In this document: positions 44,821 to 58,175 of the stretch, piece by piece
Position numbering within the stretch: the first letter of the stretch is position 1
Layout of the letters: every line of letters begins with the position of its first letter
Assembly (NCBI GenBank): GCA_965637545.1
Contig: OZ281500.1
Coordinates: forward strand, 16,802,001 to 16,866,000
Reading direction: 5' to 3'
DNA from: Phallusia mammillata
Lineage: Eukaryota
DNA: 64,000 nucleotides
The notes under the pieces: model-generated
What the model saw: the letters and a program-made list of their open reading frames with translations, nothing else
What the model was told of the DNA's origin: nothing
Databases searched by the model: none
Program-made: the position numbers and the translations under genes

Positions 44821-46685
44821 TTTGGCTGGTTAAATAAAGAACCTATGACCGTTGCCTGAATTTAAATCAAGACATATGCATGTATGCTGACACTGTGTAA
44901 AGCTCGCTGAACACCTATGATACAAGGTTGTTATACAGTACATATTTCGAAAACCCGCAAATTCTTATATTTTCGTGAGTTCAATGTCAAACACGATTCT
45001 GACGAACTCTTCTTTAACGCGCACGAAAGTTGCAAAATTGATCCAGAAACGAAACAGTGTGCACTGTCTGCAGCTGAAGCAACTTTGCACAAAAATGTTC
45101 CAAGAAAGAGAATGACGTCAATCGATAATGCCAGGCGGAAATGAACTTAGAAAGCAGTCGATCCGTTAGTCTGCCTAAAAAACAATTTGGCACGGCAACA
45201 AAAAGTAGCGTCGATGTTTTAGTCACATTTGTGGTTATGACATAATTATTTTGTAAACATCATTTTCAAGTTTCCTGACAACGTATTTAAAATAGTCGTA
45301 GGCTTTATGAAGTCATTTTGGCATTTTTCTTGTTTACTGGGTATAACACAAAAAAAGGCTGCCACCCGTTCTAATTCTTAATGAACAGGGCGAGGATTTG
45401 ATAAAAGATTGATTTTAAGTAATATTCATCTTTTGTCCGTTTGTTTTATTCATTATCTTATTTTTGTTTGATTTGTAGTTTTTCGTGTGCATGGCTACAG
45501 TTTCTAGTGACCAACTTTCACTAAAAAAGATAAAACTAACCTCTTTACTCTCGAGGTAAATTATTTGTAGATCTACATCAACAGTTTTGGAAGTTAAGAT
45601 TTGACCAGGTTTGTGTAAGAAAGGGTTTTATGGTGCTTTTTTGTTTTTATTATTTTTTTCGTGTTACTTTTGTCAGCCCTGCTGGGAATTTGGGAATAGT
45701 GTTTCTACCAGTGATTAAATAAAACTAGATGTTGTATTTGAGTGTATTATACACTTAGCATCCATCCTGTTTAGCACTTCAACTGCGGCGGGAGTTATTA
45801 CTGAAAAGCAATATTGTTTGCATAGAATTGATACGTATATGGACAACTATCTTGTGATTTGTTCAAAATGGAAAATGTTATCACACTCAACGTTTTGAAC
45901 AATTTCATATACAGGTTTTGCTGTAATTTATGTTTGAAACTGTATTTCAGGAAGTTATTTCAGAAACAAGAAATTTCCCTAAATGTGGCCAAGTCAATGG
46001 TCAGGATTGGTCAAGAATTTTCCGTAAATGTGGTCAGGAATCAAAACACATGTATGACTTCCTGATTTTGTTTTCCAACAGCACTCGATCTATTTATCGT
46101 AGTGCATCTTGCAAAGTTTTGCATTTCGGAGTCACATTAAACTGCGTGTCCGTTTTGTCATTTGGTCTTGTAAAAAATCGTTGTCGAAGCGTCGTGTTTA
46201 TGTAAATATATACTGGCTTGTTTGTTTCTGGTTAAGATTTGAAACCATGTATTCTGTATCTTAGGTTAATTATAATGTAAGCATTCTTGTCAATTTAAAG
46301 TTATAAAGCGTGTCTGCTGGTGCAGGAAAATAATTAAATTTTTCATTTTGTAGAAAAGGTCTCATGCATTTTGACCATCATGTTTTGTAACGGCTTTTTC
46401 TGTGTTGCAATGTTTGCCTTTGCAAGTTTTCAACTGTTACCTGGACATGGACAAGAAATACAACAATCCTGTCGTGTTTCAGCAGTTTGTGGAAATCCAC
46501 CATCTCAACAATACAGGGAGATAAATGTAAATGAATTGAAAGGAGATCGGGGTTTTCCTGGAAAAAAGGTGATTGTAGTTAAAATGTTTTAAAGCCTACA
46601 ATAGATGAATGTAGTTTGTAACGTTTTAACGAATTTCATTTTTTTGCGAGTTTAAATATATTAGTTACTCCCCCATAGTCTATGA

Positions 46686-47282
46686 CAGTGCTTTTTGCTC
46701 TGCGACCCCATTTTAAAACAGGAATTTCTACGCGACCCCTTGATGGGTAAAGCCCAGGGGTGCACAACCTTTTCGCTATGACGGCCGCATCACATATCTT
46801 TATTTCACAAACGGCCGCCTGCTTCCTTGTGTTTTAAAACTACTCATGTAAAGAAATACTTATATATTATATATATACCACCTAATGGCGCCTAAAAGTC
46901 TAAATTGGTTTCGAACTTGTTGCACAGATCGACAGCCTTAGCTTTTATGACGTCATAATCTATATTGTGACGCTTGTGGTATCTGCTTTTTTGCATTATT
47001 TGCCCACAATAGGCATAAAAAAGTCTGGCGCATATGGCTATTAAGCTGGTAGTATTCTTTCAAGTTCCACAATTTTTATTTACGTCATGGCCGCCAGTAC
47101 ATATATTTTAATAAACATGTTTACTGCCGTAGGTTGTGCACCCGTGGTATAGCTTATACACCGAAATGATGTTTAAACAATAAATGTACGCACGTATACA
47201 ATTTATTGTGACTAACGCATAATGTTTTGCGACCCCAAAATTATACTTCGTTGGGTCGCGACGCAAAGTTTGAGAAGCCCTG
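46686..47282. mobile_element. hAT MITE with nested MITE (46755-47146)
   Basis: Perfect TSD GTCTATGA at 46678-46685 and 47283-47290. The inner CAGGGGTGCACAACC element is the same family as 19641-20119. Confidence 0.85.
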
Positions 47283-47569
47283 GTCTATGACACAATGTAG
47301 AAAAGATAAACAGGACTAACTTTAACAAATATAATTAAGGAGAGTCACATTTTCGCACTAAGAATTTCCTATATGATTTAGAAACCACTGGGTCAATGTG
47401 AAAATTCCGCTCTAAAAAAAACATTGCATTAATAGGCCTATTGTTACACAACAGGGTTTAACGAAGGTAGAAGCTGCTTGTAAAAATATCAAAAATGTTA
47501 GAAAAAACACACAGAAGCATAAACTGCCGAAACCCTTGCAAAAACGTTATCTTAAGTGTTAATCTATCC

Positions 47570-48054
47570 CAGCGGTTCTAAACTTTTTTACAATTTTTTG
47601 TCACAACAGTCCCTTTTGCAATTTTTTCGAGCACTAGCAGTCCAAGCTAAATATATTTATAAAACTGAAAATACCTTGACAAAATAAAACTGTGCAGTTA
47701 CCGAACAAAAGTTTATTAATTCTTTTCAAAAGTAGTTCCACAGCAACATAAAGAATGAATGTAGTTGAATTTCGTGAGTTTACATTGCGTGAGATTTTTA
47801 AGGGCAATTCATTACGACACAAACAAAAACAATTCATTACGTCAGCACAACAAAAAATTGCGCGAACAAATGCCTCTTTTAAAGTAAAGGACCACATTTT
47901 GATAGAAAACTTAATTTATCTGTCACTTTTTGCTTGCACAGTTGCAAGACTTGATGTTACATAAGATTGTAGAAATACTTTAAGCTCTTCGCGTTCTCTG
48001 TGAAATCGCGTGATGGCCCCTAAGGGACCGGGGACCCCAGTTTGAGAACCGCTG
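47570..48054. mobile_element. hAT MITE (CAGCGGTTCT family)
   Basis: TIRs CAGCGGTTCT / AGAACCGCTG; TCTATCC is shared by both flanks. Both ends match the 1314-3425 element in reverse orientation. Confidence 0.8.
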
Positions 48055-51000
48055 TCTATCCACACATTGCTTGTTTTGATTATTGTGTCAGCAAAAGTTG
48101 AGTTAAGTTTATTTTGCTGGGTGAAACAAATCGTAGCAGCACAAATGCGCTGAATATATTCACCAACCGGAAATGGCTGTGCACCCTTGGGACGTTATAA
48201 AGCGCGTTATAGGTAAGGCCAAAGTTGATGAAAAGGTAAACGCTCTGCAGCTACACCTTTTCTAAACACGTTATGTCGCGAGAACTTACATTGAAGGGTG
48301 AGGTTGGCGCATTAGGACATCAAGACTATAGGAGGCTACGTTAGTGAAACCAGTCCAGTTGGGATCTTAAAGCTAACCACCCGTGTAAAGTTGTTTGAAA
48401 CTGTGTGTATATTTTTTTAATATATGTTGTTTGTACAAGGGGTCAACTGGACTTACTGGTCCAACTGGACCTACTGGGCGAACTGGATTGAAAGGACGAA
48501 GTGGTAGAAAAGGAGCGAAAGGAGAACCTGGGGCTGGAAGTCATTTCAACCCTATTCGCGCATTTGAAAGTGAGTTATCTCTTTAAATGATTGACTCTTT
48601 TGCCGTATGTTATGCACATTCATTTGTTTTGTGTTCCGTTCCCAGCGTGCGGAACAACGTGTATAGATGCTCATAACATAAGCCCCTTGCCGCAGTCTGT
48701 TTAACTTTATCAATTTAGTTGAGTTGTTAAACGTATTTGAAGCAGAGTGCAAAAAAAGGCCGACATGGATTTAAAGAAGGTCCATTCCAGTTCGACATTT
48801 TATGTTTGTCAAATTTTTATTAAATCCAAAGTCATGTGGAATAAACATCGTATAACTAGTGTCATATTATTTTAAAGATTGCCTTACTTTCAGATCGCAT
48901 TCGCCGCCTGGAAGAACGCACTAACGAGCTTTGGATAGGTAGGTGAAACCATAGAACAGTTGTATAACCCCTTTTTATGTTTTTATGTGTGTTATTTGAC
49001 TAATGGATTTGTAAAGACAAAACTACATAGTTTTACCAATTCTCATTAAACAAAAAATGTTTTTATAGTATGTTAGTACAGCCGCAGGTTGGATATGTCT
49101 TAGTTTTTCACATTTTTAAAGTGCAGCCTATACGTAGAATTGGAAAGTTTAAAATTACTGCTGTTTGTTGTGCAGAAACCCAATGGGTAACCGGGAGAGT
49201 CCGTATACTGGAAAAAATGGATATCGTTACAAGGTTGTAGAACATGCACGTGGCTATTACAACGGGAAAAGGGCTTGCGCTGCAATTGGAGGCCAAATCG
49301 CTCATACTGGATTTGCAGACAAATCTATACTTACTGGTTAGTTTTGTAAAATTAAACCATAAAGTGTTATGATTGTGTTCTGAAAATACCTGGAGATTAC
49401 TGTAATGTCGAGTTTAAATGTCATCAACACAAAGTGTTGGGCGGCGCTTAATTTCGCCAACAAACCCGAGAAATGTTCTCCCTAACCTTTTAAAGGCTCG
49501 AAACTTACTGTCATGACGTATCACGAATCCTCCCAATGCTAAAAGGGCTTAGTTTGCGGCCGCAAGAGGTATATTGTATAAAAAAATCCAACAACATTGC
49601 GAAGGGCACGTAAATAAATCCTCACGTTCTAACTTGCCACCCTGAAATCTTTTTCAAATTCACGACGCTCTGTTTGAAAGAAATTATAGGGGCAACGTTC
49701 AGTACTGTCGTCGTTCCTGGAAATGACCAAAAACCTACCAAAAAACGTGTTTCATTTTACATTTTATAGGAGCGTCATGACAGACTTTTACGATGGTTTG
49801 GAGGTATATATTGGATTGACAGATCTGGACGTCGAAGGTACGTTCGTGTGGGAAAATGGGGTTCCAGCGGGTGAAGGATTTACAAACTGGGCTGGGGGTG
49901 AGCCCAACAACTGCTGTGGCGGAGAGGATTGTACCTATGTTGCCTCTGATGGGGCCTGGTCTGACGCGAGGTGCTTCTCAAACCGCCGCTACACCCTCTG
50001 TGAAAGAGCCCCTGCTTCGTAATTCCATTGCCACACCGAATCCCATGGTGTTTGTTCTTTTCACAAAGTCCTGTAAATAACTTTGCATAACATAGTAAAT
50101 ACTTCAGCAGGATTCACTGAGTTGTGGCTTGCTCAACCTGTTTATTATGACTTTACACCCACCGTCACTAATTACGGTTTATGAACTTAAATGTTGTAGT
50201 TTTGTCGATTGTTTTTTTATATATTTTCAAACGTTGTTCCTAAGCTCGGTGGTTAACCCTAATAGTCGTACATTTAAATTGAATCATTATCATCTCCTGA
50301 TATAGCATTAAAATGTTATACCTTTCATCGCCATTTCCCACGTTTTCAGCCATTTGATTATAATCAATAGCCATAATATGCAGAAAATGGTGACACTCTT
50401 TTTCATCCCTACAATTGAACAAAATAAAACTTCCTGAAAGTAAAGTGTGTTTAGCTTACTGCGCACCACCTTCATTAGATCACCTTTATTTGCAGCATCA
50501 GAATTAGTTGGAATATCAATATGTTAATCAATATGTTGAATCCTGGGTGCTTGATCAAGCTGTATGACGGGTCCGAACCAGGTCATTTGTAATGAGAGTG
50601 ACACAAAAGAAAATATTGAATAAATTGAGATCTTCAGTAAATCTTTTACGTCGTAAAAACGAGTCGTGTTTGTGAGGGTTAAGATCTACTGCGCAAATGC
50701 GGTAGGAACTCACAACACACACGGTTAGCTAAATACCGATGAAGTGCGTAAAAAGCGCAGCTATTTTAAAAAAACAGTGAAACTAGGATAGGGTTGGGGA
50801 CTAAATTTAACATAAACAACTAGGTTTTTAGGGTAATTTTATTGTTATTATTATTATTATGAAATCTCAGACTAACCCTAATAGCCCTAACCGTCAGCAT
50901 TTTTACACAAACTGCATTTTAAATATTTGAGTACGCCACCTACCGGAATTTAGCAAACCTACGTGCAGTAAGTTCCTGTGTCAGTAGTTTTACCCGCAAA

Positions 51001-52987
51001 TGCAACCTCATTTAAAAGCTGAAAGGAAACGAAAAATCATGATAACTGCCCGACCAACGGTCAAGTTTAGGCGAATAATTTAATAGCATTACTCAAAACC
51101 AATTCGCTAGATTTGTGTCGAAGGTTGCCAAACGACAGTTGACACACCTTTTTAATGACATCGCCGCGTCATAGTTCTGCGCTTGGTACTTTGCGTACCT
51201 GACCATTTTTCCTGTTTTAGCTGCGAATTAAGCCTGCGGCACTGAAAATTTAAGGAATTCTGTCGCATGCCAACAAAATAAATCAAAATTCAATGAGTCA
51301 CTAATTGCTCGGAAAAGTATCCCAACCTTTTTTAAGTTTGCTGTTGGGTTGTTTACTGGTTCAATTAATCGCTTTTTAATTTCAATGCATTTCCGGGTTT
51401 AAAACTCCAATTTGTAAATTATGTGTAGTTGCTGAGCCTCGTGTTGCAGTACAAAAATTCGTACAAGATAATATATTGATGCAAGCACAACAAAGCACAA
51501 TGAAAAGGTTACTTAACTGTATAATTAACAATTGTCCTCGCAATTTTCTTGTGTTGCCAATATCTACAGCCCCCAAAAACTTGTGTGAACGAAACAATTG
51601 CAGGTGCTGAATAGAGTTGATAGTTTTGTTTTTAGTTAAATCACGGCAAGGCTGAGATCTTTAACTTAGAATGGCCGCATGGCACCCATAGTATAATCTA
51701 ATTTGAAAAACGTAAATAAGAGTCCCGTCCCTTGTTTAGTAATGCGCGACTTAGAATCTTCGTAAAAAAAACTTCAAAAATTTGTATTGCAAAAATATCT
51801 TACAATCCATTATACAAGTTTTCATACACTTATGTCGCAAAGCACTTATGATTTGGTCACATTCGGAATTACAGCAATGTGCTGTGTCAGTGTATTTGTC
51901 ACATATGTGTCTTGTTTCTGTGGTTGTACTGTATGTAAGTTTTGTAATGTATCAACAACACCACTCCAGCATGTACAAGGGAATTACCGCTTGAATTGCC
52001 TCGAGCAAAAATGCGTTTTAACCTTTCAATGTTACGGCGTCACAGATTAATTACTCCAGGTTATGCCTTGTCGTTTCAAAATTATGTGTCACTTCTTGTT
52101 GTTCCCTTATGCTATGAATAATACTTTTATTCCGTACATCAAATTTCAAGCGTTGTAGCGAGTAAATGGCCAATCAAATGTATTGCCTGTGATCATTTAG
52201 GTGCGCCAAATAAAGCTTTCGACGTAGGCAAGACATAATTAATGATAATTGCTGTTTTCCAATCGGTCCGACTCTGCGCTTTTCTTAAAAACGTCTTCAA
52301 AGGCAATTAGAGTAGGTTACAACAAGCTTCAAAGCGCTTTAAGCAAGTGCGTACTATTATTGGGTTTTATATTGTAAATTCTACGATGTTAAAGCTGTAT
52401 TTTTTTGCTTTACCGGTTTGCACTATGGTAAATTACGTTTAACACATCGCAAAATTTGTAATAAATTTTGAAAAAGAGAAGTGCTGACCATATAAAATAA
52501 ACCCCGATTAGTATATTTTTACCAATTCCTGGCCGCTTAAAACGTTTGTTCCATTTGCTATTGCGCTGAATCCCAAATGAAATGGCGCTTTGGATAAAAA
52601 TAGCTCAAATTCGTACAACCTTTACGAAACGAGCATATAACGACTTTCTGTAAAATAAAACATCGAATTGCAACTTTTGCAATAACAATTTTTTTTTGCA
52701 AACGGAAGTAAAAATGTGACTTTTAAACAAGATGGGAATGTTTTTGTTTCCATTGCTGCAAAGTTTAAAGCAGTATAGTCTGTGTTTGATTTTGGCACAG
52801 TATTGTCTTGTTTGCGGCGCTTCAAAACATACCAAGAAAGCAGCCCACATCATTTCCAATTAGCCACACGAGCCATTTCTCGCAATTAGACCGAAATGGG
52901 AAATACCGAGACTAAAGCGCCATGATTTAGGCGGTGATTCCCCAGCCTCTGCAAATAGATTAACATTTCTCGCAATGATTTCCCGAC

Positions 52988-52995
52988 TATATAAA
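52988..52995 (+). promoter_or_regulatory. Candidate TATA box of the vWA gene
   Basis: TATATAAA about 390 bp upstream of ATG 53378; a splice acceptor TTTTGCAACAG ends at 53353. Confidence 0.4.
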
Positions 52996-53377
52996 TACGT
53001 GACATTGCGACCACACTGCGTTTAGCAGCAAAAGACTGTATCTCGTTATTATTTAGTTTTAATCCGATTTAGCCACACTTTAAGAAAGAAACACAGAAGT
53101 TGTTTTAGAAACGCATTCAATCGGTGATATAGTTTTAAAAATGTTGCAAAATTCCAGTTCCAAAAATTTGGCTCAGCTGCCGCTAAAGGCATTGAACAGG
53201 TGGTAAATAGCAATGTAACCTTTTTTCAAGCAGAGAAGCGCAAGAAATAGTTAGATTTGTTTCGTGTTGCTACAAACTTTTTTGACAACCATCAATGTAT
53301 AACTTACTTTTAACAAGCATTTCATGTTTTTGTTTTGATGCATTTTGCAACAGGTTTAGAGCAACTGCAAGTTAGTC

Positions 53378-56300
53378 ATGGAGAAACTGATTTGCTTCGC
53401 TTTCTTCCTTGGTCTCACTGCACAATGTCAAGCTCAGTTCAACTTTGACCTTTGGGGCAGATTTGGTTAGTATTTGTTATGTTATACTTTGTTATGTAAT
53501 CCGTGTAGCTGGAAGGAAAAAAACACGCTATGAGCCTGCCAAATGGTTCCACATGAAATAAAATAAGAAGTGGTTAGAGCCGTAAGTTTTCCAACATGAT
53601 TTTACCACATAGCAAACATGATTATTACTTTTGCTGGCTGGTGATTATCTGTTCTCTGCAACAAAAACTTAAGCATTCTACAGAAAAAAGTAACGAAAAA
53701 TAATGTCAACAAATCAATATCATTTAATGCCATTATATCTATGATTAAATATTTGATAAAGTTGCAATTTCGTCCACAAACTTTAAAAATACCGGAACAT
53801 TACCTTTATTTCATTCTATTTAATATCAATCGAAAGAGTCAAAAAGTATCAGAAAATATGATGATGGTTTTTTAACGCCGTTCCTTTGACTGACATCATT
53901 TCACGACAAAAGGCGGCTTACATTTACCAAAATGGTTAGAAAGCCACAGCCTGTTATTTTGTTTTGTCTTTATGAGGCTCGGTCAACTTTGTTTACAAGT
54001 TACCTCCCAGGCCGTGGAAAACGTATTGCCGCATCAGGCGATTAATGATTATTAAAACTCGTTTAAATCTGTTTTTTTTTCTAATAGGGATTACCACTCG
54101 TCATCCAACCGTTCCACCCGCAACGACTAGTTCTGTGCCACCCTCTACCACTCGCTCTGTGCCACCTACAACACGAGATTTTTGCAAAAGCGTGTACAAG
54201 GAGGGCAAATGTTCACCTACCGACCAAGGAACATCCTACCGCACGTTGGAAGCACCTGCAAAACATCGGGTCAGGTGCCCTACAAGTAAGAAGCACATGT
54301 AATTTGTTTTGTTTGTTTGTACCTGGATAAAGAGCTCGGTACAACATCAAGCTATTATTCAAAATACACTAAGAACGCAAAAATGCACTTCTGTCAGTGC
54401 TTTATTTTTGCCTAATATTTCTTAGTTTTCCTTATTACCGAAACATTTTTTACTACATCAAAAAATACCAATAAAATAATGAATTGTCTGCCATGAAAAC
54501 TTCGTTGGTTGACAATTGTTTGTTTTGTGGCTAACAGTTTAAGGAAAAAGCATGTTTAGGAAAAAATGTTAACACTTCACAGTCATAAAGTAAAACAAAT
54601 AATTTGACTTCAAACATTGTATCTCCAGTGTCTTAAGCAAATACAATCTTTATTAAACATGAAAATAATATAGTCATCAAAATCATTTATCGTCCCAAAA
54701 GTTCAACTGTTTGGGGGTTTTTTTATTGTATTTTTCGACAATCAGGCGGCAGTCCGAGAACTGAAAATTGCCCTTTGTCGTTCACGGGATTTGAACCCAG
54801 GATACTCCCGGGGACGAAACCCGATCAGGTTTTGTACATGGGTCAGGCGCGCCAGGCCATTCGGCCAAGTTTCCCGTTTGGTTTTCGTATTGTCAGAATC
54901 AGATGTTTTGCAAAGATCTTTGTCAGGAGCGGGGCAATGTGTCTAAAAGTTTATTTCAATTGTTAACAGAACGAGAAGCCTGCAACGATGGTGAACTGCT
55001 GGGGCAGCTGTTTACAGAGAGTTTTTTGGGTCCGGCAGCGAAGAAAAAGGCTGGCCAAGGTGGTCAAGTGGGTCAAGGGGGCCAAGTCGATTTAGCAGGT
55101 AGAACTCATGTGATTGGTTCCCAAGCGAAGCCGGCCCCGACTCCTAAAATTCCGAAGAGATGCTTTGAATTCAGGAATGCTCAAGGAGAAATAATTACTG
55201 GTAGTTGCAACGATGAGAGCGAGTACGTAATTCCGTCGAGATCAAAACGCTCGGTAAGGACAATTTGTGGTAATAAGTCTTGTGTTTAAAAATAAACATG
55301 GTGCTAGCAAAGTTGTTGCATTTGAGTAGGTTGTAAAACTACTTACATTGTGAAGCTTAGTGTGTGTTTATAGCGTATCAGGAGTTAAGTCTGTTTATAA
55401 TACATGTGACTAGTAATTGAATGTTCTTGTAGGTCCCAGTACCTCCACCATTTATCATTCCGACGAGAAGAGATGTTCTGATTATTATGGACGAGAGTGG
55501 CAGCGTTGGTGTGTCAAACTATCACAAAGTTAGAAGAATCGCAGCAGCAATTGTTAAATGTAAGTTCAGTACAAGCAAATAGTTAAAAATAGAATAATGC
55601 AATTAGGAAGAACTTAAATGCCTAATCATCGCAATGACCCCAATTTATTTTAATTTTTATTTAAATTTTCTATTCGGTCAAATTTTGGTTACTTGGCGAT
55701 GCATTTATGTGGAAGGGTAACTTAAAAAAACATATATGTGTCGGTTCATTTCTGAGCGTTTCTTGCAGGTTTTTAAACATTTTTGCATTTTCCTTGTATA
55801 TTTCAAACTCACCAAAAAATTCGAAGTGTAATGTTGTCTATTTTTTGCGTTCAGTGCTTTGTGGCAATATTCGATACGACCAGAAGCTGACCAGAATTGC
55901 GATAATGTCCTTTGACCAGTATTATCACTTCCACGTCCCCCTGTTCAAATTCTACAGCAATCCAGATGCATTGGCATCATTCATCTTGAACAACATCAAG
56001 TTCGTCCTTATATTTTTACTTCTTTTTACCACTGCGCCTGAAGTGACACTATTCTTGCATGCATGTACGGCATCACAAAGACGATTTGAATGATTGCGTA
56101 TAAGTGACAATTGTGTTTGGTGACGTATTAATGGACCGATGGTTCGCAGTAAACCAGAGCACTGGCAACAGTTTCCTTTTGACGCTGTTGCATGTAGAAC
56201 ATTCCAGTAAAATGATAATGCACCTGAAAACTACGTTTGTTTTACGTTTTGTCTGCAAACTGTTTTTGCCCAGGTATCATTCCTACTCTGCAGGAAGAAC

Positions 56301-57807
56301 GTGTATGGCAAAGGCCTTACGTTTTGGTTACGAAATCATGCTTTCGACTGCTTTGGGAGGCAGAAGAAAAGAATTGGACGTGGAACAGGATATTATTCTC
56401 ATTACTGACGGGTCGGTAAAGTTACAGCAAAATTTAAGCCTACTAAGAGCAATTCGCAAACTTGTAGATAAATTATATTCGTTCGACTGTTAGAGCATTG
56501 TCCATCAACCCTGAGTTTAAATATACTTTAAAAGGGTTTCGTGAGTCCGCGATAATCCCCAATTTGCGAACCTATGTGACCGTTAAAGCAGTGTTTCCCT
56601 AAAATAAATATTTCAACTCCAGACTTTTTTATTTTATCTTACACTTTCGTTGACTGCGCATATAAGACCTAAAAATTTTAAGAAATATTTCTCTGATAGC
56701 AGTTTGCTTTAAACACTTTATCCGTATGCTCTTCAATGATTGCTTTTTACTGTTATTTGTACTGCAAAATAATGTCACTATTTACTAGATAAATTACCAA
56801 GCATGCTGCAAAGTATGTGTGATTAAATGCGCCAAGGTAACCCCTATTTGCCGTCTTTTTGTAGTTGTGCAAACTGTAGAAAAGGAGGTTCAATTCGGGA
56901 AACATTGGAAGCTGTGTCTTACGAAATGAAAGCAGTTGGAATCCATGTTTACGTTATCGGGATCGCCGTTGGTCGTGGAAGAGATGATTGCAAGAAGAAC
57001 TTACAGGTACAAGAATTCGTTAATAATTTACAAACAACGACTTAGTTCTATACTGCATATTAATTTCGTTGTACAAACCTCTTTCCAAACGTTCATTTAT
57101 GTGAATCTATAGCGTGCTGTGGTTGAACAAAATTCTGTCCGTTGTTGGTAAAATAATATGTATTTTGCATTTTCCGCCAAACTGTTTTTTATTTAAATAG
57201 AGCTAATACTTTTCTGAATAGGCTGGTAGCATATAATTCATCATAGGCAAAAAGCTAGATCATTAAATTGACTAAAACAAAGTAATACTGTTTTTTCATC
57301 TTAAGATGAACATAAATTTATACATCTGGATTAGCACCAAAACTTTCATGCAGACCAGCGATCGCGGCACACTCATTTATAAATCATAGTACGCCAAGCC
57401 TATTAGGTGTCATGCCGAACCAGTCGGTCAATGCGCGTTCTAATAAGGCAAGGCATGGGCTAAAAAGGTAGTATACATACGGTGGGATTCGAATCCACGA
57501 CATGCGTTATTTCGGGACTCGCGCTCTACCAACTGAGCAACACAGGCTCGGCGATGAGCCTGATTTTATCAAAGCCGGTTCTTGAACAAAACTATCAAAA
57601 ACAACAACTAAGATTTTTTAAAACAATTTTACTCGAATACAGGTCCTAGCTCAGGGTGGACGTTGCTATCATTTCTTCTATCTTGATCGATGGGATTACG
57701 ATGTTGACAATTTCCTTCAACAACTCGAGAAACCTCCTGGCAACCAATGTCTCAACACATTTGAACATCCTCTTGGACTTTGCCTTCCGGCAATTCCAGG
57801 TGGATAA
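53378..57807 (+). CDS. Secreted single-vWA-domain proprotein, 8 exons, 428 aa: 53378-53465, 54088-54285, 54970-55253, 55433-55559, 55855-55999, 56274-56411, 56865-57006, 57643-57807
   Basis: 1287-nt spliced open frame. Signal MEKLICFAFFLGLTAQCQA, Thr/Pro-rich segment, Cys-containing pro-region, RSKR, then vWA with DESGS, GRT and ITDG (MIDAS). AATAAA at 57886. Confidence 0.88.
54740..54876 (-). mobile_element. tRNA-derived SINE-like head in vWA intron 2 (duplicate at 59908-60044)
   Basis: On the minus strand, TGGCCGAATGG (A box) and GGGTTCAAATCCC (B box) with an over-long spacer. Confidence 0.55.
57351..57547 (-). mobile_element. tRNA-derived SINE in vWA intron 7 (duplicate at 62521-62717)
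   Basis: Minus strand GCCTGTGTTGCTCAGTTGGTAGAGCG...GATTCGAATCC; body shared with 41251-41422. Confidence 0.75.
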
Positions 57808-58175
57808 ATTTCGGAACATACCACCGTTTCCAGACCAAAGTGCATTTCCCTGATGGTTTAATTTTGCATACATAAACAACTTTTCAATAAATTCGTGTGT
57901 GTTATCACTTGGTTTTATGCAAGAAAATCAGTACGAAAAAATGAACTTTTTGAAACAAAGTTGCTCAAATTTTTTGTACTTTTGAATAATCGCATTTTGG
58001 TGCAGTCAGCAGGTGTCTTTGTTTTTTGGTGGGCAAAATTACACAATTACAATGAATGAAAAGAGTAACAGCCACCTGTATGCGGTGAAACCAACTATTC
58101 TTTAAATATAGCTGTTATAGAAGGGGCTAAACAAAATGCGGCATAGCTTTCAGCCTTTTTAGCCAATGCTATAGC

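Larger units (their letters stand above)
46380..50022 (+). pseudogene. Collectin copy G (type I): 46380-46568, 48440-48569, 48894-48938, 49176-49336, 49770-50022
   Basis: Signal, collagen, neck and CRD2 exons are intact. CRD1 has two 2-bp insertions (161 vs 157 nt), giving a stop TAG at 49238-49240. Confidence 0.8.

Noticed and set aside
51640-52900. Short ORFs between the collectin cluster and the vWA gene
   Set aside because: AT-rich intergenic sequence with no motifs, splice-consistent exons or repeats recognised.
57351-57547. tRNA genes (also 41571, 43160, 54740-54876 and duplicates)
   Set aside because: A and B boxes are present but there is no intact cloverleaf or acceptor stem; they continue into shared SINE bodies.
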